Shown: positions 1 through 10,648 of the stretch, one piece after another
How positions within the stretch are numbered: position 1 is the first letter of the stretch
Layout of the letters: the number at the start of each line of letters is the position of its first letter
Assembly (NCBI GenBank): GCA_963751215.1
Contig: CAVVTV010000025.1
Coordinates: 130,665-194,664 of the forward strand
Origin: an uncultured Thermoleophilia bacterium
Lineage (GTDB): Bacteria; Actinomycetota; Thermoleophilia; UBA2241
DNA: 64,000 bases
Direction: 5' to 3'
Program-made: the position numbers and the translations under genes
The notes under the pieces: model-generated
Told to the model about the DNA's origin: nothing
The model's input: only the letters and a program-made list of their open reading frames with translations
Database searches by the model: none

Positions 1-482
1 GCGGCGGGCTGGGCACGCCGGTGCTCGCCGGCGAGGATCCCCTGGACCTCGACGCCTACGCTGCCATCATCGCACGGCACTTCGGCCACCTGGGCGTGGC
101 CATAGGCGCGGAGCCGGGCGAGTTTCTCACGAACGAAGCCGGCCTCCTGCTTGCCGAGGTGATCACCGTCGAACCGCGCCAGGGCTCCCTATTCATCGGC
201 CTCGACGTCGGTTGGAACGTGCTCAATCACCGATTCATCTATGGCCGCGACCTCGTGCTCGTGGTATGCGACCGGGCCGACGATCCCTGTGCACAGCACG
301 TCACCGTCTGCGGCAACATCAATGAGGGCAACGACGTATTTGTTGTAGACCACCCGCTGCCCGCCGTACACGAGGGCGACGTGCTAGCGTTCGTGAGCAT
401 CGGCGGTTACAGCCAGGGCATGTTCACGCACCACTGCCTGCGGCCGGAGGCCGGCGCAATCTTCCTCGCCGATCGAATCTGA
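1..482 (+). CDS. PLP-dependent Orn/DAP/Arg decarboxylase family, C-terminal beta-barrel domain. Partial: the gene starts upstream of the window.
   Basis: The translation GEFLTNEAGLLLAEVITVE...VCGNINEGNDVF...GDVLAFVSIGGYSQGMFTHHCLRP matches the C-terminal region of group IV decarboxylases such as diaminopimelate decarboxylase. There is no start codon at the window edge. Confidence 0.6.
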   Translation, partial: GGLGTPVLAGEDPLDLDAYAAIIARHFGHLGVAIGAEPGEFLTNEAGLLLAEVITVEPRQGSLFIGLDVGWNVLNHRFIYGRDLVLVVCDRADDPCAQHVTVCGNINEGNDVFVVDHPLPAVHEGDVLAFVSIGGYSQGMFTHHCLRPEAGAIFLADRI

Positions 483-565
483 GCGCCGCCGCCACGCGGG
501 TGCGTCGCAGACACGATTGAGCTGCCCGTCGTGCGGGCACGGTACAGGCAAGGAGGTGGTTGAAG

Positions 566-1090
566 ATGGCAGTCCTCAAGAGAGGTAGAAACGTCATCAG
601 AGTTGCGGGAGCCGCCGGTGTGGCGGCGCCATATCTGCGCGAGCTGATCTCCGACAGCGAGCTGCGTGACAGCGCACGCACAGCCGTCCGCGCCGTCGGC
701 CGGTTGTACGAGGAGATGTCCGCCGACGAGCGCTTGCGTGATCTGCTGTTCAGCTCAGCACCGCACGCCGACCGGCACCGCTCCTCCCTGAGGTCGCGGT
801 TCCTGGGCAGCGCCAGAACCATGCGCAGCGGCAGGTTCATGCGCAGCGGCAGAATCATGCGTAGCGGCCTGCGGTGGGCGAGAATCGGGAGCTTCGCGCT
901 GGGCACCGGGGTGCTCGTGGGCGCGCTCGCTTACCCACGCAGTCGGCGGCGCATCACCAGAGCCGTCGGTGACGCCCGTGGCACCGTGACCAGCATTGCC
1001 GGCAAGGCCGGCGAGAGAACGGCGGCCACCGCGGGCAGCGCTCGCGAGAAGATCACATCTACCGTGCAGTCACTGCGTCCGGCTGCATAG
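566..1090 (+). CDS. Hypothetical protein with an Arg-rich tandem motif (MRSGRF/MRSGRI/MRSGLR)
   Basis: ATG at 566 is preceded by AGGAGG at 551-556. GC3 is high. The internal triplicated RSGR-MRSG motif and a C-terminal hydrophobic segment are visible. No family was recognised. Confidence 0.4.
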   Translation: MAVLKRGRNVIRVAGAAGVAAPYLRELISDSELRDSARTAVRAVGRLYEEMSADERLRDLLFSSAPHADRHRSSLRSRFLGSARTMRSGRFMRSGRIMRSGLRWARIGSFALGTGVLVGALAYPRSRRRITRAVGDARGTVTSIAGKAGERTAATAGSAREKITSTVQSLRPAA

Positions 1091-1097
1091 CGCGCGG

Positions 1098-1140
1098 CTG
1101 GCGCGGCTGGCTGTGCCGTCTGCACAGCCGGCCGCGCCTT
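1098..1140. terminator. GC-rich hairpin (GGCTGTGC-N5-GCACAGCC, flanked by GGCGCGGC/GCCGCGCC) downstream of the 566-1090 gene
   Basis: The inverted repeat is seen directly in the sequence. There is no U-tract, which is common in high-GC genomes. Confidence 0.35.
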
Positions 1141-1155
1141 AAGGTACTACCGTGA

Positions 1156-1647
1156 GCAAGCGCTCCTGCGACGGGGGGAGGAGCCACGACAACGCAGCAC
1201 TCCATCGTTCTCGGATACGACGGCTCGCCATGTTCCGCTGCGGCGCTGGACCAGGCGGTCGATCTGGCCCATGGGTTGGGCGACGGCGAGGTGATCGTGG
1301 TGTACTGCCGCGAGCCTCCGGCGGGGTTGAGCTGCGACCTCGACCCCACCTGCGAGGCGGCCAAGGCGCTACGCGACTGGGAGTGTGCCGCACGGCAGGA
1401 GGCGGAGCCGATGCTGCGTGAGGCCGCCGGCCGCGTCCAGCAAGCCGGGGTGCGCAGCGAGACGCGGTTCGTGTGTGGCGACCCCGTGCAGGGTCTCGCC
1501 CAGCTCGCCGAGGAACACGACTCGCGCGCCATCGTGGTGGGGTCTCACGCCGAGGGATGGCTGGCCGCCGCACTCCATCGTCGTACGCCACTCGAGCTGC
1601 TGCGCCGTAGCCGCGTGCCGGTGCTGGTGGTGCCGTTCAAAGACTGA
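1156..1647 (+). CDS. Universal stress protein (UspA family). The start codon is ambiguous.
   Basis: The in-frame translation from 1201 reads SIVLGYDGSPCSAAALDQAVDLAHGLGDGEVIVVYC...AIVVGSHAEGWLAAALHRRTPLELLRRSRVPVLVVP, a typical USP fold signature. No ATG/GTG/TTG lies in frame between the upstream stop at 1153-1155 and TTG 1276. A GTG at 1152 is in another frame across a GGGGGG run at 1174-1179, so a homopolymer indel is possible. Confidence 0.7.
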   Translation, partial: ASAPATGGGATTTQHSIVLGYDGSPCSAAALDQAVDLAHGLGDGEVIVVYCREPPAGLSCDLDPTCEAAKALRDWECAARQEAEPMLREAAGRVQQAGVRSETRFVCGDPVQGLAQLAEEHDSRAIVVGSHAEGWLAAALHRRTPLELLRRSRVPVLVVPFKD

Positions 1648-1656
1648 CGTCCACAA

Positions 1657-1823
1657 AGAGCCTATCCCGGTAGGGATGTGTGACCGGGGTGCCCGTGGGC
1701 CGCGTGGGGCGGTTCCGAGACGACTCCCTCGTAGCCGAGCTACGTGGGAGCCGGGGAGGGGCCTGCACGCCCGGATGTGCCCATGGGCACATCCGGGCGT
1801 GCAGGCCTACCGGGATAGGCTCT
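1657..1823. repeat. Nested inverted-repeat element in the convergent USP/glpK intergenic region
   Basis: The outer 18-bp inverted repeat AGAGCCTATCCCGGTAGG (1657-1674) is the reverse complement of 1806-1823. It encloses a perfect 46-nt palindrome at 1761-1806 (GCCTGCACGCCCGGATGTGCC-CATG-GGCACATCCGGGCGTGCAGGC). It likely acts as a bidirectional terminator and could be a REP/MITE-like element. Confidence 0.5.
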
Positions 1824-1869
1824 AAACTCGGGCGGAGTCCGCAGTGCCCGAGGAGCCCGCGCTGCCCGG

Positions 1870-3384
1870 CTACGGTGTGCGCTCCCCCAGCTCGCGCACG
1901 CAGGCTACGGCGTTGTGCCACCCGTCGAGCAGCCGGGCGCGATCTACGCGGGGGTCGGGCGCGAAGGTGCGCTCGGCACGCCACAGTCCCTCTGCCTCGG
2001 AGTCATCGCGCCAGAAGCCCACGGCGAGACCGGCGAGCATGGCCGCGCCGAGCGCCGTAGACTCCGTTTGCGCAGCCCGCCGCACCGGCATCCCGAGCAC
2101 GTCGGCCTGCCATTGCAGGAGCACATCGTCGGCCGCTGCGCCACCGTCAACGCGTAGCTCGCCTGGTGTAATCCCCGCGTCGGCGCTCACCGCGGCCACC
2201 AGATCGGCTACCTGGAAGGCGATGCCCTCGAGCGTGGCTCGGGCGATGTGGGCCGCAGTACTGCCCCGCGTGAGACCCAGGATCGCTCCTCGCGCGCGCG
2301 GTTCCCAGTACGGCGCGCCAAGGCCGGCGAGCGCGGGCACGAAGTACACACCTTCACTCTCCGGCACCCGCACCGCCAGCGCCGCACACTCAGACGCCTC
2401 ATTGATGATACCGAGACCGTCTCGCAGCCACTGGATGGCGGCGCCGCCGATGAACGCGCTGCCCTCCAGCGCGTAGGCGCGGCGCCCGTTGCGTTGCAGC
2501 GCCACGGTGGTCAGCAGACCGCTGCCCGAGGCTACCGGTACGTCTCCCGTATGAGCGAGCACGAAGCACCCCGTGCCGTAGGTGGCCTTGGTCATGCCCC
2601 GGCTGGTGCACGACTGGCCGAACAGGCCTGCCTGCTGGTCACCGGCGATGCCCGCCACGGGCAGCGGCCGGCCGAACAGCGCGGCCTCGGTCTCGCCCAC
2701 CACGCCGCCGCTATCGCACACCCGGGGCAGCATCGCCCGCGGCACGCCGAACAGATCAAGCAGCTCGTCGTCCCAGTCGCCACGCCGCAGGTCGTAGAGC
2801 AGGGTGCGGGAAGCGTTAGTGGCATCCGTTACGTGCAGTCGTCCGCCGCTCAGCTGCCACACGAGCCAGCTGTCGACCGTGCCGAAGGCAAGCTCGCCGC
2901 GCGCCGCGCGGTCGCGCGCCCCGGGCACGCTCGCGAGTATCCAGGCCAGCTTGGTGGCAGAAAAGTACGGATCCAGGACGAGGCCCGTCTTGCGCCGCAC
3001 CAGGGCTTGGGCTCCCGCGGCACGCAACTCGGCGCAACGGTCCGCCGTGCGCCGGTCCTGCCACACGATGGCCGGCGCCACCGGCTGCGAGGTTGCACGG
3101 TCCCACACGATGGTCGTCTCGCGCTGGTTCGCGATGCCTATGGCCGCGATCTGCGAGGTCGACTTGCCGCTACGCCGCAGCGCTTCCAGGGCGGTCTCGC
3201 GCTGTGTCGCCCACAGCTCCAGGGCATCCTGCTCCACCCATCCCGGCCGCGGGTAGCTCTGGCCGATCTCTCGTTGGGCCACGGCCAGAGCGCTTCCGTC
3301 GGCGCCGAAGACCATGGCCCGGGAGCTGGACGTGCCTTGATCGAGGGCAAGGATTGCCCGAGCGTCACGCGACCTTGGTGCCAC
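1870..3384 (-). CDS. glpK: Glycerol kinase
   Basis: The 504-aa translation has an FGGY-family N-terminus ([16 protein letters not shown]). Collinear motifs ([28 protein letters not shown]) run throughout. The length is typical for GlpK. Confidence 0.95.
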   Translation of the reverse strand: MAPRSRDARAILALDQGTSSSRAMVFGADGSALAVAQREIGQSYPRPGWVEQDALELWATQRETALEALRRSGKSTSQIAAIGIANQRETTIVWDRATSQPVAPAIVWQDRRTADRCAELRAAGAQALVRRKTGLVLDPYFSATKLAWILASVPGARDRAARGELAFGTVDSWLVWQLSGGRLHVTDATNASRTLLYDLRRGDWDDELLDLFGVPRAMLPRVCDSGGVVGETEAALFGRPLPVAGIAGDQQAGLFGQSCTSRGMTKATYGTGCFVLAHTGDVPVASGSGLLTTVALQRNGRRAYALEGSAFIGGAAIQWLRDGLGIINEASECAALAVRVPESEGVYFVPALAGLGAPYWEPRARGAILGLTRGSTAAHIARATLEGIAFQVADLVAAVSADAGITPGELRVDGGAAADDVLLQWQADVLGMPVRRAAQTESTALGAAMLAGLAVGFWRDDSEAEGLWRAERTFAPDPRVDRARLLDGWHNAVACVRELGERTP

Positions 3385-3488
3385 CTGGCAACCTCCGTGG
3401 GGCTCCGTACACTTAGGCTCAGTCGCCGCGTCCGTGGCTCAGCTGCGACAGGGCCGGCGGCGGACCAGCGAAAAGGCTGGCGGGTAGC

Positions 3489-4196
3489 CTACACCATCGC
3501 CAGGAGCCGCTCCGCCTCGAGCGCGCCACCGGGGTCGTCTTCGTGCTTGAACAGCCAGTACACATCACGGTCCACCGCGAGGAGCTCACGAGAACGCGCC
3601 GCGAACTTCTCAAGGTCGGCCGCGCCGTACGCAGGCTTGCGCAAGCGACGGTACACGTAGTCCGCGGTGGCCACGTCGGGCACCTCGAGGGTCTCGGACT
3701 CCGCCACGCACAGGGCGATGTTGCGTTCACGAAGCAGCGCGTACACGTCGTCTACGAACCACGAGGGGTCGCGGAACTCGAAGGCGCAACGCAGGTCGCC
3801 GGGCAGCAGCGGCAGGAACGCCGCCAGACGCGCGAGGTCCAGCTTGAGATAGGGCGGCAGCTGGAACAGCAGCGGTCCCAGCCGTCGCGCCACTCTGAGC
3901 GGCTCGAGTGCCTTGATGAAGAACTCGGTCGGCTCTTGCGCATCTTTCAAGCGAGCCACGTGGGTGATGCGCTGATGGGCTTTGATCGCGAACACAAACC
4001 CCGGCGGTGTGGCCGCCACCCACGACTCGAGGGTGGCGGCCGAAGGCATACGCCGGAACGTGTAGTTGATCTCGACGCAGTTCAGCCGGCCGGCATAGTG
4101 TTCCAAGAACCTGCCGGCCGGCAGTCCTGCGGGATAGAAGCCGGGCTTCCATGACGCGTAAGCGAACCCCGACGTACCCGCGAAGAGCGTGGCCAC
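3489..4196 (-). CDS. DUF72 (YecE-like) family protein
   Basis: [16 protein letters not shown]...[23 protein letters not shown] is the DUF72 signature. The start is 1 nt after the upstream ABC ATPase stop, which indicates coupling. Confidence 0.8.
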   Translation of the reverse strand: MATLFAGTSGFAYASWKPGFYPAGLPAGRFLEHYAGRLNCVEINYTFRRMPSAATLESWVAATPPGFVFAIKAHQRITHVARLKDAQEPTEFFIKALEPLRVARRLGPLLFQLPPYLKLDLARLAAFLPLLPGDLRCAFEFRDPSWFVDDVYALLRERNIALCVAESETLEVPDVATADYVYRRLRKPAYGAADLEKFAARSRELLAVDRDVYWLFKHEDDPGGALEAERLLAMV

Positions 4197-4197
4197 G

Positions 4198-5002
<805 letters not shown>

Positions 5003-5010
<8 letters not shown>

Positions 5011-5944
5011 GGCCCTTCACCACCCTTCGTGCAGCGCGCTTCTCCGCCGCCTCTGTCTCCTCGGCGCCGAAGCCTTTGCCGAAGTACGCCTCCAGGTAGT
5101 GCTGGCCGATCGTCATCAGCGTGGTGAAGAACAGGTACCACATGGATGCCACGATCAGCAGCGGGATCTGCTGAAACGTCTGCGAATACACGATCTGCAC
5201 GTTGGTCATGAGCTCGTGGCCGGCAATGACGATGAGCAGCGAGGTGGTCTTGAGCATCGAGATCGTCTCGTTGCCCATGGCGGGGATGATCACGCGCATG
5301 GCCTGTGGCAGAACGATGCGGCGCATGCTCAGGGTGGGCGACATGCCGAGTGACTCGGCCGCCTCGGTCTGACCCTTGTCGACCGAGATGATGCCGGCGC
5401 GCACGAATTCGGCCATGTAGGCCGCCTCGTTGAGGCCCAGCGCCAGGATGCCGGCGACCGCGCCGGCGATCACGCTGCCGGCGTCGAACGAGCCGAACAC
5501 GATGTGGGTGAACGGAAAGCCGACGAAGATGGTCTTGTACTCCGCGCCGATGAATCCCCAGAAGAGGATCTGGACCAGCACCGGTGTACCGCGGAAGAAC
5601 CAGATGTAGAAGCCCGACACGCTGGTGAGGATGTTGTTCGCCGACAACCGCATGACGGCGAGGATCGTGCCCCCCGCGATGCCGATGGCCATCGAGATGA
5701 ACGTCACGTAGAGCGTCACCACGCAGCCGCGCAGCACCAATCCGGTGAACAGGTACTGCCTGATCACCGAGAGCTCGGTGTTGGGGTTCTTCAGGAACGA
5801 GAAGATCAGCGCAACGCCGAGGTAGATGATGACGGCCGCGCTGATCCAGCGGCCGTAGTGACGCAGGGGTATCGCTTTGATCGTCTCGGGGCGGGCGGCG
5901 CCGCCGCCGCCCGCCCCCATGGATGCTTGACCTGCAGCTGCCAT
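5003..5944 (-). CDS. Polar amino-acid ABC transporter permease (His/Glu/Gln/Arg/opine family)
   Basis: Multi-TM translation carrying the EAA-like loop motif [33 protein letters not shown]. It sits between the SBP and ATPase genes. Confidence 0.9.
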
Positions 5945-5962
5945 GTCAGATACCGCGAGAGA

Positions 5963-7009
5963 TCACGGCGAGGCGCTTGCGCTGACCGGCACCGTACCTT
6001 GGTTGACTTGCGCCGACGTCACGGGCACCAGGCCGTAGGACGCGACGATCTTCTGGTAGGCGCCCTCGTTAATGAGGTCTTGCAGCCCCTTCTGCCACAC
6101 CGTGAGAAGCGCGGTGTTGGTCTTGAGGATGCCGGCGCCGACCAGCGTCGGGGCATAGCCGTTGGGCGCCGCCGGATCGACGGCGAGCTGGAACGAGTTG
6201 CCGTTGTTGGTGGTGCGCGCGATGTAGCCGGCGGTGGAGTGGTCGGTGAGATCGCCGACCGCCCGGCCGCTCTTGATGGCCAGCAGCGCCGACGGCTGAT
6301 CGGGGAGGGTGAGGATATTCATGGTCGACTGACCGGCGGCCTTGAACTTGGTGTTCTGGGTCTGCAGCAGAAGCTGCTGCGTGGTGCCGGTCTCCACGGC
6401 GACCGTCTTGCCCGCCAAGCTGTTGAGACCCGTGATGTTCTGCGGGTTGCCCTTGGGCACGATGATGGACGTGGTGTCGTAGGCGTAGTCGACGAAGCTG
6501 AGCACCTTCTCGCGCACGGCGTTGTCGTACATGTCCGACATGATGACGTCGTTCTTGCCGGCCTTGAGCGAGAGGATGATGCCGCTGAAGGGCTGCTCGT
6601 TGAACGACACGGGCACGCCTATCTTGGCGCCGATGGCCTGCGAGAGGTCATAGTCAAAGCCAGTGGGCTGCTTGCTGGTGGCGCTCACGTACATCTCCCA
6701 CGGCGGGTACGGGATGTCGCTCGCCACCCTGATCGAAGTCATGCCGGCGGGCAGCTGCGACTTGAGGGCGGCGTCGGGCGTGAGCGCGGCCAGGTCGGCC
6801 GGCGTCCAGGTGGCTGTCGCCGTGGTGGAACTGGCACTGGGGGTGGGGCTTGTTGTTGGGCCGGTGCTGCTGCTGCCGCATCCGGCGGCGAAGACCACGA
6901 CGGCGGCGACCCCCAAGACAGCCGCAAGGGTCAAAACGCTAAGGCCTTTCGGCCGGCGTATCCTGCGCCCTAAACCAATCGCCGGCGCGAACGGATGCGA
7001 TCTCAACAT
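5963..7009 (-). CDS. ABC transporter substrate-binding lipoprotein (family 3, polar amino acids)
   Basis: The ATG (reverse complement of 7007-7009) is preceded by GGAGGTG. The signal peptide carries the lipobox AAGCGSSS, followed by a Thr/Ser-rich linker and an SBP_bac_3-like domain (GFDYDLSQAIGAKIGVPVSF...). The ORF-track extension to 7231 is unlikely to be coding. Confidence 0.85.
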   Translation of the reverse strand: MLRSHPFAPAIGLGRRIRRPKGLSVLTLAAVLGVAAVVVFAAGCGSSSTGPTTSPTPSASSTTATATWTPADLAALTPDAALKSQLPAGMTSIRVASDIPYPPWEMYVSATSKQPTGFDYDLSQAIGAKIGVPVSFNEQPFSGIILSLKAGKNDVIMSDMYDNAVREKVLSFVDYAYDTTSIIVPKGNPQNITGLNSLAGKTVAVETGTTQQLLLQTQNTKFKAAGQSTMNILTLPDQPSALLAIKSGRAVGDLTDHSTAGYIARTTNNGNSFQLAVDPAAPNGYAPTLVGAGILKTNTALLTVWQKGLQDLINEGAYQKIVASYGLVPVTSAQVNQGTVPVSASASP

Positions 7010-7257
7010 GGCTGCACCTCCACTAAAAGTTGGACATTCCCCTGGCCCGTGGTGCCGGCGACCGCGAGGGGCCGCCCCTCCGCCAGGCACGCCAACGATT
7101 CTACGTCGTGAAGCCACGATTGGGACCGTTGGTGCGACAGGACGGTGTGACCTGCATAAACCGTATACACCGATGAGGGGCCGCTTGTCAAAGAAGACCC
7201 CGTCCACCAGCGCCCCGCGGCGGCCCGCCAACGCCCCGGATCAGGCCCTAGGCAGGC

Positions 7258-7557
7258 TCAGGCGGCCTCACACAGCCGGCGGTCGACGGCTTCGGTCTCC
7301 TTGACCCACGTGAGGCGCGGCGCGCTCTCTACACCGCCACGCTGCATGGCCTGCTCCATCGACGGCCCGGCTAGAAACGCCTCCGCCGCCTGGCGCGAGG
7401 GAAACTGCAGCAGCACCGTGAGGTCGGTGGGCAGGTCGCTATCGCGAAACACGAAATGGCCGGTGCATCCGTAGGTCTGACGCACCGGCTCCTGCTCATC
7501 GAACACGGGTTTCCAGGCGTCGAAGTCACGCACCTTGTGCTGGATCACCAGGATCAT
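7258..7557 (-). CDS. Small dimeric alpha/beta-barrel-like protein (DUF1330-like, tentative)
   Basis: 99 aa. The segment LTVLLQFPSRQAAEAFLAGPSMEQAMQ resembles the DUF1330/ABM-type fold signature. GC3 is high. The family assignment is from memory only. Confidence 0.45.
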   Translation of the reverse strand: MILVIQHKVRDFDAWKPVFDEQEPVRQTYGCTGHFVFRDSDLPTDLTVLLQFPSRQAAEAFLAGPSMEQAMQRGGVESAPRLTWVKETEAVDRRLCEAA

Positions 7558-7751
7558 CGCCGCCTCCTTACCGATGCGGGAGACGCCGCCCGGACGCGAC
7601 GCGGACGGCGTTGCTCCATAGTTGGGGCGTACCCGGCTCCGGCTCCGGCAAACCCCGGGTTAGCGCAGGCGCCCCCGCAGGCCGCCGGCGCCTGCCGCGC
7701 ACGGTGCCCGGGAGCCTGACGCCGATTCGGCTGCCGACTATCGGGCGGACG

Positions 7752-8468
7752 TCATGAGGCGTCGTGCCGGCGGGTGCCATGCGCCGCCGCCAGCAGCGAA
7801 CGGGCCAGCGACTCGCCCAGGCCGGCGAGGTCTTCGGTGGCGAGGTAGTGGCCGGCGACGGCGTCGAAGAGAAGGCTGGCCTGCGCGGGGAGCTCCTCGT
7901 CGGCGGTCCACAGCACCACGGCCAGCGGCAGCCGGGGCAGCGCCTGGAACGCGAAGCCGGCGTCGCCCAGTGGCAGTGGACTGCCGCCCACCGCCGCGGC
8001 CGCCTCACGCAGGGCGGCCACACTGAGGGCCTGCGCCAGGGGTGTTTCCCCGCGGCTCGTGAACGATTGCGCGTAGAACAGGCCGTCAGGCAGCTCGCGA
8101 AACGCGATCCAGCGTCCGGCCGGCGGCGTGCCGTCGGCGCGCGTGAGGTAGTGCAGGAGAACGATGGCCACGGCGGCGTGCGCGGGCTCGCCGCCGCCCG
8201 ACATGGCGACCACCCCCTGTGGGTGCGTCACCACATGCGGGCGGCCGAAGAACGGCACGAGCACGCCCGCGGCCGAAAGCTCGCACCCCGCCCGCGCGGC
8301 TTGCCGCGCGGGATCCGCTCGGGCCCACTCTGCCCGGGCCTGCGCCAGCGCCGTGCGAAAGCGCCGAGGAGTCTGGTCGGCGGCGGCGGGCGTAGGCCTA
8401 GGTCCCCACGCTGAAGGATCCCGTGCCCCAGGGCGACGAGGCCACAGCCGTAGCCACCGCCTCGGCAT
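7752..8468 (-). CDS. Hypothetical protein. The real start is probably internal (for example the Met near 8204), because the 5' end overlaps the upstream gene by 71 nt.
   Basis: The long minus-strand ORF has high GC3, and the antisense plus-strand ORFs are Arg-rich junk. No family was recognised with confidence. Confidence 0.3.
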   Translation of the reverse strand: MPRRWLRLWPRRPGARDPSAWGPRPTPAAADQTPRRFRTALAQARAEWARADPARQAARAGCELSAAGVLVPFFGRPHVVTHPQGVVAMSGGGEPAHAAVAIVLLHYLTRADGTPPAGRWIAFRELPDGLFYAQSFTSRGETPLAQALSVAALREAAAAVGGSPLPLGDAGFAFQALPRLPLAVVLWTADEELPAQASLLFDAVAGHYLATEDLAGLGESLARSLLAAAHGTRRHDAS

Positions 8469-9435
8469 CGTTGCCGTTGCCCAGGGCCGCCAGGATGCCG
8501 CCGTAGCGCCCGTTATGCAGTGTGATCACGGTCGCTTTCAGACCCTCCGCCCAGCTCGTGTAGGCCTTTACGCCGACCGAGTTGAAGACGGTCGCGCCGG
8601 GCATGGGCTCGGTGGTGTTCAAGGGATTGTAGTAGGCGGCGTTGTACCAGTTGCCGCCCTCGGCCATCTCCCAGGCGACGATGGCCGCCACGTTCTCGGA
8701 GGTCATGGGCACGGCGAGCGCCTTGAGCAACGTCTGTGCCCAGGTGACCTGGGTCACCTTGCCGCCGGCCTTCATGAGCAGCTCGGGCGCGCTCAGGATC
8801 TTCTTGATGCGCACCACGAGGCCCTTGAGAAGGGCGCTGCGTTCGGCGAGCTTCTCTTCCATGGCCAGACGCTGGGCATCGATCGCGGCCTGCGCGGTCA
8901 CGGTGTCCTGCCGCTCGCCCTCCAAGTTCTTCTCCAGGGCCTGCACCTGTACGGCGAGACGTTGGGAGCTCTTCTCTACCTGCTGGTCCTGCTGGGCGAT
9001 AGCACGCAGGAAATCGACGGCCGTCTGAGCGTCGGTGAGGCTCGCCGAGTGCACCAGAACGTCGAACCACGAGTAGTCATCGGACTTGTACATGGTCACC
9101 ACGCGGTCGTCTATGATGCCGCGCTGGCGCGCCAGGTCGCTCTGCGCGCGGGTGAGATCGAGACGCGTCTGCGAAAGCTGGGCGTTTACGTTATAGAGAT
9201 GCTGCTGGGCCAATTGATACTGCTGCTCGATCGCCTTCATTTGCACAGTGATCTGCGCCATCTGAACGCGCACCGTGTGGGCCTCCCTCTGGAGGCCGGC
9301 GAGCGAGGGCGACGCGGAAGTGGTGGCGGGGAACGCCGCGGTCATGGCGGTCACGGCCACGAGGAGCAGGGCGGCGCACGCCACCCTCAGGAGGTTAGTC
9401 GTGGTGATACGTAGCTGGGCGCTCATGGCTTTCAT
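8398..9435 (-). CDS. Secreted protein with a long N-terminal coiled-coil and a ~130-aa C-terminal domain of unknown function
   Basis: A signal peptide (LLRVACAALLLVAVTAMTAA) is followed by a Gln/Ala/Leu-rich heptad region resembling RipA/PcsB-type N-termini. The C-terminal domain (EMAEGGNWYNAAYYNPLNTTEP...) matches no hydrolase fold I recognise. Confidence 0.6.
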   Translation of the reverse strand: MKAMSAQLRITTTNLLRVACAALLLVAVTAMTAAFPATTSASPSLAGLQREAHTVRVQMAQITVQMKAIEQQYQLAQQHLYNVNAQLSQTRLDLTRAQSDLARQRGIIDDRVVTMYKSDDYSWFDVLVHSASLTDAQTAVDFLRAIAQQDQQVEKSSQRLAVQVQALEKNLEGERQDTVTAQAAIDAQRLAMEEKLAERSALLKGLVVRIKKILSAPELLMKAGGKVTQVTWAQTLLKALAVPMTSENVAAIVAWEMAEGGNWYNAAYYNPLNTTEPMPGATVFNSVGVKAYTSWAEGLKATVITLHNGRYGGILAALGNGNDAEAVATAVASSPWGTGSFSVGT

Positions 9436-9550
9436 AGGGATGTATCGACCTCCGGGCGCGCTCCTTGACCCCTCGGGGCCAAGCGACGTTCCACCAACCG
9501 GCGGGCCGCCTACGGCTTCGCGCCGCAGCCCGGGAACCCTGCCCGGCGTT

Positions 9551-10567
9551 TCAGACGGTGGGCGCGTCGAGACCGGTGGCTTGGCGTCCGCCGGAGCCGC
9601 TCGTCCAGCTCGCGCCGGCGGCGGCGGCCATCACGGCCGCCATGGCCGCGATCTCGAGCAGGCTGAGACGCTGAGAGAGCACGATGTAGCCGGCGAGCGC
9701 CGCGGCCGCCGGCTCGATGCTGAGCAGCACCCCGTAGGTGGAGGCGCGCACCATCCGCAGGGCAACCAACTCGAGGAAGTACGGGAAAGCGGACGACAGC
9801 ACGGCGACCAGGGCCCCCAGAGCGACCGCCGAACCGTGCCCGGCGATCTTGACACCGCCGAGCAGCAGCACCGGCGTCAGGAGCACCGCCGAGCCCGCGA
9901 GCATGAGCGTCGTCACCGAGAGCGGGTCGAGACGCCTCACGGCACGCTTGGCCAGCAGAAGATAGGCCGCCCAGCCGGTGGCCGCCGCCAGAGAAAGCCC
10001 TATGCCCAGGCCGCTCACGGCGCTGGTGGGGCCGGCGAGCAGGGCTACGCCCGCGCCCGCCAGCACGATCCAGAGAAAGTCCAGCGGCCGGCGCGTACCG
10101 ATCACCGCCACGGCCAGCGGGCCCACGAACTCGACGGCCACCACGATACCGACCGGCGCGTGGCTGATGGCACCGTAGAAGCTCAGGTTCATGCCCAGGA
10201 GGGCCAGGATGAGGGCGGCGACCGCCAGACGGTCACCGCCTTTGGGAAGGCGCAATGAACGCGGCCGCAGGGTCACCAGGATGGCCGCGGCCACGGCCTG
10301 GCGCAGCCAAAGAGCCTCCACGATGCCCAGCGATCCGACCACGCGCACCGCGAAGGCCGAGCCGGTTTGCATAGACACACCGATGATGACGACCAGCAGT
10401 CCCGCCGTGACGGCGGCGTGCTTGAGCGAAGGCCGATCGCCGGCCTGCGAGTCGGGCGTAGAGGGAGTCACCGGACGAGTGTATCCGAACGAAAGCTGCG
10501 GAGCCGCGGCGAGACCCCACGACCGGCGGAGCCCGCGGGAGTAGATGATTGTTCCGTGACGCAGCAC
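9551..10567 (-). CDS. EamA/DMT family permease. The start is uncertain and probably lies within the first ~50 codons of the ORF.
   Basis: About ten hydrophobic helices are visible, with the duplicated EamA-like architecture. Confidence 0.8.
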   Translation of the reverse strand: MLRHGTIIYSRGLRRSWGLAAAPQLSFGYTRPVTPSTPDSQAGDRPSLKHAAVTAGLLVVIIGVSMQTGSAFAVRVVGSLGIVEALWLRQAVAAAILVTLRPRSLRLPKGGDRLAVAALILALLGMNLSFYGAISHAPVGIVVAVEFVGPLAVAVIGTRRPLDFLWIVLAGAGVALLAGPTSAVSGLGIGLSLAAATGWAAYLLLAKRAVRRLDPLSVTTLMLAGSAVLLTPVLLLGGVKIAGHGSAVALGALVAVLSSAFPYFLELVALRMVRASTYGVLLSIEPAAAALAGYIVLSQRLSLLEIAAMAAVMAAAAGASWTSGSGGRQATGLDAPTV

Positions 10568-10648
10568 GCCGGTGGGGGAAGACTTGGAGAGTTAGACGAT
10601 GTACGTCGTTAAGAGGGCTGAGATGCACATCACTGGCGCGCCCTCACC

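Noticed and set aside
5963-7231. A 75-codon N-terminal extension of the substrate-binding protein, and similar ORF-track extensions at 27320-28816, 40081-42195, 18136-19155, 49828-51285 and 57426-58805
   Set aside because: Internal Met codons preceded by good Shine-Dalgarno sequences coincide with the conserved family N-termini, or with the signal peptide or ATGA coupling. The extensions are Arg-rich and overlap upstream genes.
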